64,000 nt of DNA, taken from Clostridiales bacterium (GTDB lineage: Bacteria > Bacillota > Clostridia > Christensenellales > UBA1242). The stretch covers positions 216,049 to 280,048 of the forward strand of contig SVHV01000002.1 in the NCBI GenBank assembly GCA_015055605.1, given 5' to 3'. Below, piece by piece: positions 48,289 to 56,668 of the stretch. Every line of letters starts with the position of its first letter. Within the stretch, counting starts at the first letter, position 1. The notes under the pieces were generated by a model, which saw only the letters and a list, made by a program, of their open reading frames with translations, ran no database searches and was not told where the DNA came from. A program made the position numbers and the translations under genes.

Positions 48289-49749
48289 ATGAAAAAAGTA
48301 GAAGATAAAGAAAATGTAACAGTGAAAAATAGCGAAAAAGCCTTTTCGTCTATTAATGCAAAGTCGTTTATTTCTGTAGTTGCAATATTAGTAGTTTTGA
48401 TTGCTATATGTGGAATTTTAACATTAATCATTCCTCAAGGAGCATTTGCTAGAACAGAGAGTGGTGAGATTATCGCCGATACCTTTACTCAAGGAAGTGT
48501 TAAAGGCATAGAGTTTTGGAGAATAATCACTGCTCCATTTAGAGTATTTGCATCATCTAGTGGACTCACTATTATAATGATTTCAATATTCTTGCTAGTT
48601 ATGAGTGGAGTATTTAATCTACTCGAAAAGACTGACGGAATGAAAATTATTATGAGTAGAATAGTTGGCAGGTTTGGTCGCAAAAAGAAAACTGTTCTAT
48701 GTTTCTGTATATTGTTCTTTATGCTATTTGGTAGTTTATTTGGACTGTTCGAAGAATTAGTTACTTTGCTACCTTTTATGATTGTGTTTATGCTATCTAT
48801 GGGATTTGATACAATGACAGGATTGGGTGTGTGTATGCTTGCTGCTTGTTTTGGATTTGCAGCTGCTATTACTAATCCTTTCTCTATAGGTATTGCATCT
48901 ACATTTGCTGGTATTAGTACCATGAGTGGTATTTGGTTAAGACTAATATTCTTTGCTATAGTGTTTGGATTAGTTTGTTTATTTATATTTAGATACACAA
49001 AGAAAATATCTTTGAATCCAGAGAAGTCACTATCTTTTGAGATTGATAAAGTAAAGAGAGCATCACTTAATTTTGACTTAGGTGAGGTAACTGCTCGAGA
49101 AAATAGAATATTTAAGGTGTACATAATATTCTTCGCTATTCAGTTTGTATTATTAGTGTCTATTGCACTTATTCGAGCAATATCTGACTTTGCTATACCT
49201 ATTTTAGCAGTTAGTTTCCTTATCGGTGGTATTATCTGTGGATTGCTAGTAGTTGAAGACAAAAAGAAAGTATTTGCATATATGGGCAAGGGAGCACTTG
49301 CGATGCTACCTGCTGTATTACTAATCGCTCTTGCTTCATCAGTTAATCTAATTATGCAAGAGAGCGGAATTCTAGATACTATCATGAATAGTGTTATTAA
49401 TTACTTAGATGGCAAGAGTATATTTGTAGTAGTACTACTAATATATCTTCTAGTATTAATATTACAAGTATTTATAGGCTCTGCTTCAGCAAAAATCTTC
49501 TTAGTTATGCCTATACTACTTCCTATATGTTCTGTTATCGGAATTTCTCCGACACTACTTATTCTTGTATACTGTATGGCAGATGGATTTACAGATGTGT
49601 TCTTGCCTACAAATCCAGTATTGTTAATTGGTTTGTCTATGGCGAATGTGTCCTATGGTAAATGGGTAAAGTGGACATGGAAGATGCAGATAGTTATGTT
49701 GCTTGTATCATTCTTAGTTTTATTCTTCGGAGTACAAGTAGGGTTGTAA
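48289..49749 (+). CDS. YfcC/DcuC-like anaerobic C4-dicarboxylate-type transporter family protein
   Basis: About 12 TM helices, size and N-terminal topology typical of the YfcC family; motif-level call. Confidence 0.6.
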   Translation: MKKVEDKENVTVKNSEKAFSSINAKSFISVVAILVVLIAICGILTLIIPQGAFARTESGEIIADTFTQGSVKGIEFWRIITAPFRVFASSSGLTIIMISIFLLVMSGVFNLLEKTDGMKIIMSRIVGRFGRKKKTVLCFCILFFMLFGSLFGLFEELVTLLPFMIVFMLSMGFDTMTGLGVCMLAACFGFAAAITNPFSIGIASTFAGISTMSGIWLRLIFFAIVFGLVCLFIFRYTKKISLNPEKSLSFEIDKVKRASLNFDLGEVTARENRIFKVYIIFFAIQFVLLVSIALIRAISDFAIPILAVSFLIGGIICGLLVVEDKKKVFAYMGKGALAMLPAVLLIALASSVNLIMQESGILDTIMNSVINYLDGKSIFVVVLLIYLLVLILQVFIGSASAKIFLVMPILLPICSVIGISPTLLILVYCMADGFTDVFLPTNPVLLIGLSMANVSYGKWVKWTWKMQIVMLLVSFLVLFFGVQVGL

Positions 49750-49758
49750 GAATAAACA

Positions 49759-49792
49759 AAGTCTATTAGGTTGCTAATAGACTTTTTATTTT
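49759..49792 (+). terminator. Intrinsic terminator marking the left edge of the accessory island
   Basis: AAGTCTATTAG-gttg-CTAATAGACTT plus T-run. Confidence 0.75.
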
Positions 49793-50218
49793 GAGGCAAG
49801 GAGTGAAAGCATATAGTGGGGCGGTATTTTGTACAATAAGTGTGCTATACTAATAATTAGAAAAATATTCTTAAATAAAATATCTTTGTTTGTGTTTCGC
49901 TCTATAAAGTAATATAATGTAAAAAAATAGGTGGGTTATGGCTGATACTGTTGATAAAGAATTTAAGTTGTAAATAAACAGATTTCAGTGAGAGTAGGGG
50001 AACTACTTTTGTTTGCTAGTAGAGAGAAGTCTTTGATATTGTTTGTATAAAATGTACAAAAGATATAGGGGAAATAGATTCTCGTGCAACAGTGGGCAGG
50101 GTTGAGGTTGAAAACGATATTGTAAATGTTGTTACAGAATAAGGTAGGTTATTGATGCTAAACCTTAATATATTGACAATAACGCCTAGTTTTAAAGTGA
50201 TAAAAAGGGAGGCAGTAT

Positions 50219-50851
50219 ATGCCTAAATTAGATGATATTATGAATGTGGTGCAAAAACTGGCAAGTATTGAAGGTGTGGGAGAACACTTATGCTTTTTTG
50301 GTGGCTCTGTGCCTTATATGTTACATGGTATAGATTCTAATAGAGAACATTCAGATATTGATGTTTTAGTTGGAGAGAGTTACATGTCGGCCATTAGAGA
50401 ATGGGCTCAAGACGAGCAGAATGGTTGTCATTATAATTCTGACTTAGACTCTTTAAATTTAGGATTAAATGACGATTATGGTTTCAAGGTATATATTGAT
50501 GGCGTATATGTAGAGTTTGAGCCGTCAGTTGCCCAGAATGGTGTTTTTGTCCGAAAAAGTTTTAGTCCTAATAGGGGGCTTGCTGGTAGGGAAGAGATAC
50601 CTTTTGAGAATATAGAAGATATAATGACCAGTGTTAATATTGGTGGAGCACAAACATTCTTTCAGAGTGTAGAGATGATTAAGGCAGGTAAAGAGCAATA
50701 CAGGAGAGAAAAGGACTTGCAAGATATAGCGTTTATTGAAAGTCAAGGTTACGATACTGAGAGGTACGCTAGAGTAAAACAAGCCTTAGAGTCTAAAAAA
50801 GAGATAATAGGTAGTTATGCTGAACTGCAAACTTCAACTCAAGATATGTAA
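50219..50851 (+). CDS. Pol-beta-superfamily nucleotidyltransferase, Lnu(A)/ANT(2'')-like
   Basis: FFGGSVPYMLHGIDSNREHSDIDVLV closely parallels the GG...G...REHxDID active-site stretch I recall from Lnu(A)-type enzymes. Confidence 0.5.
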   Translation: MPKLDDIMNVVQKLASIEGVGEHLCFFGGSVPYMLHGIDSNREHSDIDVLVGESYMSAIREWAQDEQNGCHYNSDLDSLNLGLNDDYGFKVYIDGVYVEFEPSVAQNGVFVRKSFSPNRGLAGREEIPFENIEDIMTSVNIGGAQTFFQSVEMIKAGKEQYRREKDLQDIAFIESQGYDTERYARVKQALESKKEIIGSYAELQTSTQDM

Positions 50852-50886
50852 AAAAGAACAACTGATTTAGTTGTTCTTTTTTTTTT
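50852..50886. terminator. Bidirectional terminator between convergent genes
   Basis: AGAACAACT-5nt-AGTTGTTCT flanked by A5 and T10. Confidence 0.8.
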
Positions 50887-50888
50887 GC

Positions 50889-52148
50889 TTAGTTATTGTC
50901 GTGCATTATTTTAGATACTTCTTTGTGAGATAGTAGTTCTTTTTTCATTAGCGACTTTGCGACTTTGTCGAGTAGATTCATATTATTAGATAATAATTCT
51001 TTGCTTCTTTGATAATATTTGTCTAGTTCGTGACCGATTTGTTTAGCAATATACTCAGGAATGGCCTCTCTTCTCTCTGAATTGTGGTAATTACTAAAGC
51101 CATACTCACAATACTCAGTCACTAGTCTTTTTGCTATTCTATGAGCTCTGTCGATATCTGAGCCAGCACCGATATCTACTTTGCCGTACTTAAGTTCAAT
51201 TGCTGCCCTTCCTGCGAGTAGGGTAATAATTCTATTCTCCATATATTTCTTATCTACCCAGTAGTCGTCACACTCGTAGTAAGCAGTGAATCCTCCTATA
51301 TTACCCATGTGATTAGCGATAGTTACTAGAGATACACTATGTGGCTGTAATAGTTCTGCTACAACGGCGTGTCCTGCCTCGTGATAAGCAATGACTTCGA
51401 TTTGCTTTTCAGTTCTGCCATAGATATTAGTTGGAGCACCGAAAGCAGTCTTTACATAGGCTTTCATGATGTCGTCCATCTCGATTTGGCTCTTGTTTGC
51501 ATAACCTGCAACAACTCCAGCCTTATTGATAAGACTCTCTAATTCTGCACAAGAGTAACCATTGAGGAGTTTGGATATCTCGTCTATGTCTAAAGTTGCT
51601 ACATATTTCTTTTGGCTTAGGTAATACTCAATTATTTTCTTTGCGTCTTCGCCTTGAGGGTTTTGTACTTGAATCTTTTCGTCAAATCTACCCTCTCTAA
51701 GTAATGAGTCTGGTAGTAGGTACTTAGCGTTAACAGTGGCGATTACTAATACATTTTTATTTTTCACCTCGTCCATACAGGCTTGTACTGTTACATACTC
51801 TTCTGTATTAGGTCTAGTGTAGTCCTCGTTTGCAAATTTGTCTAGGTCGTCTAGTAAAACTATTGAAGGAGCATTCTTTACTGCTTCGTCAAAAGTTTCT
51901 TTTATATGATTGATAAATTCTCCGTTTGGTTTGTTTTTTCTGCATATAAATCCGGGTCTGCCACTAGCCTCGATTAGGCAGTTTGCCATTAAACTCTTGC
52001 CCACACCTGGGTCGCCATGAAACATAATGCCCTTAGGTAGTCTTGCTCCTAGTGCATCGTATTTGTCTGGATGTTGCATAATGTCTGCAAACTTCCTAAG
52101 TTCAGTTTTTATTCCTTCGTATCCTATGATTTTGTCTAAGCAATCCAT
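50889..52148 (-). CDS. Soluble FtsH-like AAA+ ATPase / M41 zinc metalloprotease lacking transmembrane and periplasmic regions
   Basis: Walker A GDPGVGKS, Walker B VLLDDLD (D in place of the usual E), SRH LLREGRFDEKIQV, zinc site HEAGHAV and GAGSDIDRAHRIA; the protein begins directly at the AAA module. Confidence 0.8.
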   Translation of the reverse strand: MDCLDKIIGYEGIKTELRKFADIMQHPDKYDALGARLPKGIMFHGDPGVGKSLMANCLIEASGRPGFICRKNKPNGEFINHIKETFDEAVKNAPSIVLLDDLDKFANEDYTRPNTEEYVTVQACMDEVKNKNVLVIATVNAKYLLPDSLLREGRFDEKIQVQNPQGEDAKKIIEYYLSQKKYVATLDIDEISKLLNGYSCAELESLINKAGVVAGYANKSQIEMDDIMKAYVKTAFGAPTNIYGRTEKQIEVIAYHEAGHAVVAELLQPHSVSLVTIANHMGNIGGFTAYYECDDYWVDKKYMENRIITLLAGRAAIELKYGKVDIGAGSDIDRAHRIAKRLVTEYCEYGFSNYHNSERREAIPEYIAKQIGHELDKYYQRSKELLSNNMNLLDKVAKSLMKKELLSHKEVSKIMHDNN

Positions 52149-52200
52149 ATAGTGTCTCCTTTAGTGAAAATTTTTATTGTACTTATTATAAGGTATTGTA

Positions 52201-52217
52201 TGTACCAAAATTTGTAC
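52201..52217. promoter_or_regulatory. Island palindrome copy a: TGTACCAAAATTTGTAC
   Basis: Read directly; between the phosphatase stop and the FtsH-like start. Confidence 0.6.
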
Positions 52218-52224
52218 TTCGTGT

Positions 52225-52905
52225 TTATTTTGTGTAAAATTCTTTCATGTCTTCTTTTCTTAAAATGCCTAACATTCTCGTATAGCTAACACCTGTATCT
52301 AGTCTGATTCTGGAGTAGGAGGAGAAGTTGTTGCGATTGTGATTTCGCTTAAGTGTTTTTATAAACTTGCCAGTGTTGTTGGTATATACACAGGGTGTGT
52401 GTCCTAATAAGATAGGTTTGTCTAGGCTAATGCCTTTGGTCTGAATGAAGTTCCTGTCGTATATCAAATAATTTGTATTTTGTTGTTCTAGAGGTAATAC
52501 TTTATTGTTAACAACTTCTAGTCCTGCATGTACACAGATAAAGTCCTCGGTTTCTATATAGTATGGTAAATTAGATAAATAAGAAATTTCTTTTGCTGTG
52601 ATTTCTTCGTTGTTTGATGGGAAGTAAGTATTTATTTCTCTTATAATTTCCTCGTCTTCTAGTTGTGAGGGGGTTAGTGCTATTTCTCTAACATATTGTA
52701 AGAAGGTGGCTTCATGATTGCCTAGAATAGCAATCATATTTTTGTTCTCTATAATGAACTTTAGTAATTTAATAGAGTCTTTGCCTTTGTCTATGATGTC
52801 GCCGAGTATATATAGGGTGTCATTTTTATTGAAATTAATTTCTTTTAATAATTCAATAAATAGCTCATATTCGCCATGGATGTCGGATATAAAATATGTT
52901 GCCAT
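52225..52905 (-). CDS. PPP-family metallophosphoesterase (PrpA/lambda-phosphatase/ApaH-like)
   Basis: SDIHGE, LGDIIDKGKDS, GNHE, HAG and GHTP motifs in canonical order. Confidence 0.8.
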   Translation of the reverse strand: MATYFISDIHGEYELFIELLKEINFNKNDTLYILGDIIDKGKDSIKLLKFIIENKNMIAILGNHEATFLQYVREIALTPSQLEDEEIIREINTYFPSNNEEITAKEISYLSNLPYYIETEDFICVHAGLEVVNNKVLPLEQQNTNYLIYDRNFIQTKGISLDKPILLGHTPCVYTNNTGKFIKTLKRNHNRNNFSSYSRIRLDTGVSYTRMLGILRKEDMKEFYTK

Positions 52906-52949
52906 GTTATTCTCCTTATTTTGAATCGGCTTTATTGTATATTAATCAA

Positions 52950-52967
52950 TGTACAAAATTTGGTACA
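52950..52967. promoter_or_regulatory. Island palindrome copy b: TGTACAAAATTTGGTACA in the divergent control region
   Basis: Read directly; lies in the 106-bp gap between divergent genes 52905(-) and 53012(+). Confidence 0.65.
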
Positions 52968-53011
52968 ATGGTTTATTTATAATATGAATAATATGTTTTC
53001 TAGGAGGAAGT

Positions 53012-53467
53012 ATGGGCGTAGTTATTAATGATTTAGCAGATTTGAAAAATTTTATCAAGTTAAAACACAGTAAAAAAAAGATTGAAATGAAATTTGATGA
53101 TGTGGTGTTTAATTGTGTATTGCCACACAAAAGGCATTTTAATTATTTTTGCGAGCAGGATATACAAGATTATGATGTTAGTATAATTGCAAAGAGTGTT
53201 ACCTTTAATTATCCTGCAGAGATAGATAATCTTCATGCTAGTCAAGTCGTGGCGAATGATTCGCTAATTTGCGAATTGATAAATGTGATAGGAGATGTGA
53301 GAGGGGCATATATAGCAACCAACTCTTTTATTGGCATTGATATAACAGCGGGTACTTTTGTTGTTAAGAATCTTGTTTGTCGGCATATTAAAGTCAAACT
53401 ATTAGTTCTTAATAATGAAGATTATCCATATCTAAAAGCAGATGCTATTAATAATATAGGGGTGTAA
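53012..53467 (+). CDS. Hypothetical protein P1 (151 aa), paralog of P2
   Basis: RBS AGGAGG; N-terminus INDLADLKNFIK parallels P2 INKIEDLKPFIK; alternating hydrophobic pattern suggests a beta-rich repeat. Confidence 0.55.
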   Translation: MGVVINDLADLKNFIKLKHSKKKIEMKFDDVVFNCVLPHKRHFNYFCEQDIQDYDVSIIAKSVTFNYPAEIDNLHASQVVANDSLICELINVIGDVRGAYIATNSFIGIDITAGTFVVKNLVCRHIKVKLLVLNNEDYPYLKADAINNIGV

Positions 53468-53468
53468 T

Positions 53469-54059
53469 ATGATTGAGATTAATAAGATTGAAGACTTGAA
53501 ACCATTTATTAAGTATGTGGACAAAAAATACACTAATGGAATATATCCTGCTATTAATTTTGAATTTAAAATACATGGTGAATTGCAAGATGTTGAGATT
53601 AAATGTGACCTACAACTGATTGAGGAAAATATGAATATTTTTTATGGTGAACTTGATGATGTGTTGTCGCTAGTAGATATAGATGAGGGGTATTGTGTAA
53701 ACTTTTTTGCTAAAAATGTTTATGCGAAAAAAATATTCGATTGTGAACATCTGAAGTGCGAAAATTTTTATATTGAGAAAGAGTCAAAAGTAGATTTTTT
53801 GGTTGTGGCTGATACTATTAAGGGTAGGATATTAAAGGCTCAAGATATATTTTGTGATAATTTAGATATAGACATTGTTGATTGTAGTTTTTTAAATGCT
53901 CTTAATGTAAAAGCAAAAGTTTATAAGGGTAAAGGTGCAGTCTTTACAAATGTTGAATATCACAACCCAGACTTTCCAAAAGAATTGGTTGAGAGTTGGG
54001 GTAGTAATGAATCTAAGCCGTATGGTATTGTGTATCAACATGATAGGCTATTGTTTTAA
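53469..54059 (+). CDS. Hypothetical protein P2 (196 aa), paralog of P1
   Basis: ATG 1 nt after the P1 stop (TAATATG); shared N-terminal motif and repetitive A..V.A..I pattern. Confidence 0.55.
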   Translation: MIEINKIEDLKPFIKYVDKKYTNGIYPAINFEFKIHGELQDVEIKCDLQLIEENMNIFYGELDDVLSLVDIDEGYCVNFFAKNVYAKKIFDCEHLKCENFYIEKESKVDFLVVADTIKGRILKAQDIFCDNLDIDIVDCSFLNALNVKAKVYKGKGAVFTNVEYHNPDFPKELVESWGSNESKPYGIVYQHDRLLF

Positions 54060-54075
54060 AAATGTATTGTAACAA

Positions 54076-54093
54076 TGTACCAAATATTGGACA
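54076..54093. promoter_or_regulatory. Island palindrome copy c: TGTACCAAATATTGGACA upstream of the DUF2779 gene
   Basis: Read directly; 38 nt upstream of an extended -10 TGTTATAAT (54131-54139). Confidence 0.6.
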
Positions 54094-54130
54094 TAGTACA
54101 ATAAAATTGCTTTCTTGATGGTGGGAATTG

Positions 54131-54139
54131 TGTTATAAT
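54131..54139 (+). promoter_or_regulatory. Extended -10 promoter element TGtTATAAT
   Basis: Read directly; 24 nt upstream of ATG 54163 (RBS AGAGAGG). Confidence 0.5.
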
Positions 54140-54162
54140 GGTTGTATGTAAGAGAGGTGCGT

Positions 54163-55659
54163 ATGCATTTTAGCAAATCGAAATATTGTGGGTTTTATCA
54201 GTGTCCAAAGATTACATGGCTAAAGAAAAACAAGCCAGAAGAGTTTGTTCCTGACGAGGCGGCACTAGGTCGTATGGCTAGTGGTAATGAACTAGGCGAC
54301 CTTGCTATGGGGATTTTTGGAGATTTTGTAGAAACAACAACCTATACTGATGATAAATTAGATATTCCTCAGATGATAGAAAAAACTAAAGAGTATATGG
54401 CTAAAGGTGAGGCTGTTATATGTGAGGCGTCTTTTGAATATGATGGCTTGTATTGTGCAGTAGATATACTTAAGAAAGAGCCTGGTGGTTATAGTATTTA
54501 TGAGGTAAAGAGTTCTACTCATGAGCATAATTTTGCATACATTGTAGATGTTTCGTACCAGAAATATGTGCTAGAAAAGTGTGGAGTAAATATTGTGTCG
54601 GTCAATCTAGTGACAGTTAATAACGATTATGTCTTTGATGGCACACTTAAACTAAATGAGCTTTTCAAAATCACTAATGTAGATCAACAAGTTGCTGACG
54701 AAATTGATAAAGTAGAGCCTAATCTAATTGATGCAGAAAAGATACTTGAGAGAGAAGACGAACCTAATATGGATATAAGTGTTAAGTGTCATACTCCTTA
54801 TGTTTGTGGTTTCTGGAAATACTGTACAAAGCATATTCCAGAGGTGTCAGTATTTAATCTATATAGAACAGACTTTCAGAAGAAATTGAACTATTATTAT
54901 AATGGCATTATTACTATGGAAGATTTGGCTAATTGTGGCGAGTATTTGGGTGATAAACAAAATATGCAGATACTACACGCTACCAGTGATTTGCCTGACC
55001 ATATTGATGCAGAGGGTATAAAAAAGTTCTTAGGTAAACTATCTTATCCTCTATACTTTTTAGACTTTGAAACCATGCAATTACCAATACCTCAGTTTGT
55101 TGGAACTAAACCATATCAGCAGATACCTTTTCAATATTCTCTGCATTATATAGAGTCTATGGGTGGAGAACTTAAGCATAAAGAGTTCCTTGCTGAATCG
55201 GGCGAAGACCCTAGAAGGGCAATTGCTGAGAGTCTATGTAGAGATATTCCTCAGAATGTATGTGTTCTAGCATATAATAAAGGCTTTGAGAGTGGTAGAC
55301 TTAGTGAACTGGCTGAGACTTTTCCAGACCTAAAGGATCATTTATTGAATATTGCTATTAATATGAAAGACCTAATTGACCCTTTTAGAGATGGTTATGT
55401 GTACAATAGGAGAATGGGAGGTTCGTTCTCAATTAAGAGTGTGTTACCTGCGTTATTTCCTAATGCACCAGAATTGGACTATCACAACCTTGATGGTGTA
55501 CATAATGGAGGAGAGGCTATGAGTATCTTCCCTAAAATCAAAGATATGTCACCAGAGGATAGAGAGAGGGCTAGGAATAGCCTGCTTAAATACTGCGAAC
55601 TAGATACTTTTGCAATGGTGAAAATATTTGAGTATCTTGTAAATGCAGTAAAGGAGTAA
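54163..55659 (+). CDS. DUF2779-type protein: Cas4-like PD-(D/E)XK nuclease with 4Fe-4S cysteines plus C-terminal DEDD/RNase-H-like module
   Basis: N-terminus FSKSKYCGFYQCPKITWL, VDIL..YEVKSS nuclease core, C-x7-C-x5-C (CHTPYVCGFWKYC), FLDFET exonuclease-like motif; start moved to ATG 54163. Confidence 0.7.
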   Translation: MHFSKSKYCGFYQCPKITWLKKNKPEEFVPDEAALGRMASGNELGDLAMGIFGDFVETTTYTDDKLDIPQMIEKTKEYMAKGEAVICEASFEYDGLYCAVDILKKEPGGYSIYEVKSSTHEHNFAYIVDVSYQKYVLEKCGVNIVSVNLVTVNNDYVFDGTLKLNELFKITNVDQQVADEIDKVEPNLIDAEKILEREDEPNMDISVKCHTPYVCGFWKYCTKHIPEVSVFNLYRTDFQKKLNYYYNGIITMEDLANCGEYLGDKQNMQILHATSDLPDHIDAEGIKKFLGKLSYPLYFLDFETMQLPIPQFVGTKPYQQIPFQYSLHYIESMGGELKHKEFLAESGEDPRRAIAESLCRDIPQNVCVLAYNKGFESGRLSELAETFPDLKDHLLNIAINMKDLIDPFRDGYVYNRRMGGSFSIKSVLPALFPNAPELDYHNLDGVHNGGEAMSIFPKIKDMSPEDRERARNSLLKYCELDTFAMVKIFEYLVNAVKE

Positions 55660-55663
55660 ATTT

Positions 55664-56659
55664 ATGCCATTAGACAGTAATAAGAAGTTATATATAATGT
55701 ATATCTTAAAGGTATTAAGAGAAGAAAGTGACGAAAAGCATCCTCTTAGACAATTAGATATAATTAACAAAGTTAAGTCTAGATATAATGTTGATAATAT
55801 CGACAGAAAGACCATTGCTAGAACAATAGATAGCTTAATAGACATGGGTGTCGATATTGTTAAATTAGAAGGTGGAGGCTGTTACCTTGCAGATAGGGAA
55901 CTTGAGCCTAGCGAGATTACTTTTTTAATTGATGCTATATTCTCTAGTCGTGCTTTGAATTGTAAACAAGCCAAAGATTTGTCTGACAAACTCTCTAAAT
56001 TGCTTAGTGTACATCAAAGAAACAGATTTAAGTATGTGCATAAGTCAGATGAGGTTGTGAGGACCGACAATAAACAACTGTTTCTAAATATTGATATGAT
56101 AAGCGAGGCTATAGAAAAGGGTAAACAAATCTCTTTTAATTACACTAGACATTATTTTGATAAAAATAAAAATGCCGAGCAAGAAGAAAAAGAGTATATA
56201 ATCAATCCATACTTTATGGTTAATAATCAAGGAAAGTATTACCTTGTGTGTAATTATGATTATTATAATGATGTGGCTAATTATAAAATTGAGCAAATCA
56301 GAAATGTGAAAATATTAGACACAGATATTAAGCCTATTACCAAACTGAAAGATTGTGAAAATGGTTTAGATAAGGCTAAATTTATCAATGAAAATATTTA
56401 TATGTTTAACAATCAGACTGTATCGGCAGTGATTAAAGTTGGTGACGAGTATGCGGTTAATTATATTGTAGACTGGTTTGGCAAGGACGCTAGACTTTAT
56501 AGTAAAGATGGCGACATACTAGCATCTGTGAGAGTCAATGAACAAGCACTAATATACTGGTGTCTACAATATGGCGAAAGTGTTGAACTTGTATCTCCGG
56601 AGACAACTAGAGAAAAAATTAAAGATATTGTGAAGATATTATATAAAAAATACCAGTAA
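55664..56659 (+). CDS. wHTH-WYL-WCX transcriptional regulator (BrxR/CapW-like architecture)
   Basis: N-terminal winged HTH (YILKVLREESDEKHPLRQLDIINKV), WYL core GKYYLVCNY...NYKIEQIRNVKIL, C-terminal extension; starts 4 nt after the DUF2779 stop. Confidence 0.75.
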   Translation: MPLDSNKKLYIMYILKVLREESDEKHPLRQLDIINKVKSRYNVDNIDRKTIARTIDSLIDMGVDIVKLEGGGCYLADRELEPSEITFLIDAIFSSRALNCKQAKDLSDKLSKLLSVHQRNRFKYVHKSDEVVRTDNKQLFLNIDMISEAIEKGKQISFNYTRHYFDKNKNAEQEEKEYIINPYFMVNNQGKYYLVCNYDYYNDVANYKIEQIRNVKILDTDIKPITKLKDCENGLDKAKFINENIYMFNNQTVSAVIKVGDEYAVNYIVDWFGKDARLYSKDGDILASVRVNEQALIYWCLQYGESVELVSPETTREKIKDIVKILYKKYQ

Positions 56660-56668
56660 GTAAAACGG

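Noticed and set aside
48489-49124. 211-aa antisense ORF inside the YfcC-like gene, and similar shadow ORFs at 11190-11588, 42156-42476, 33134-33457 and 22224-22517
   Set aside because: They lie fully within and antisense to, or out of frame with, well-supported genes. They have low-complexity composition and no RBS, which is typical of shadow ORFs.
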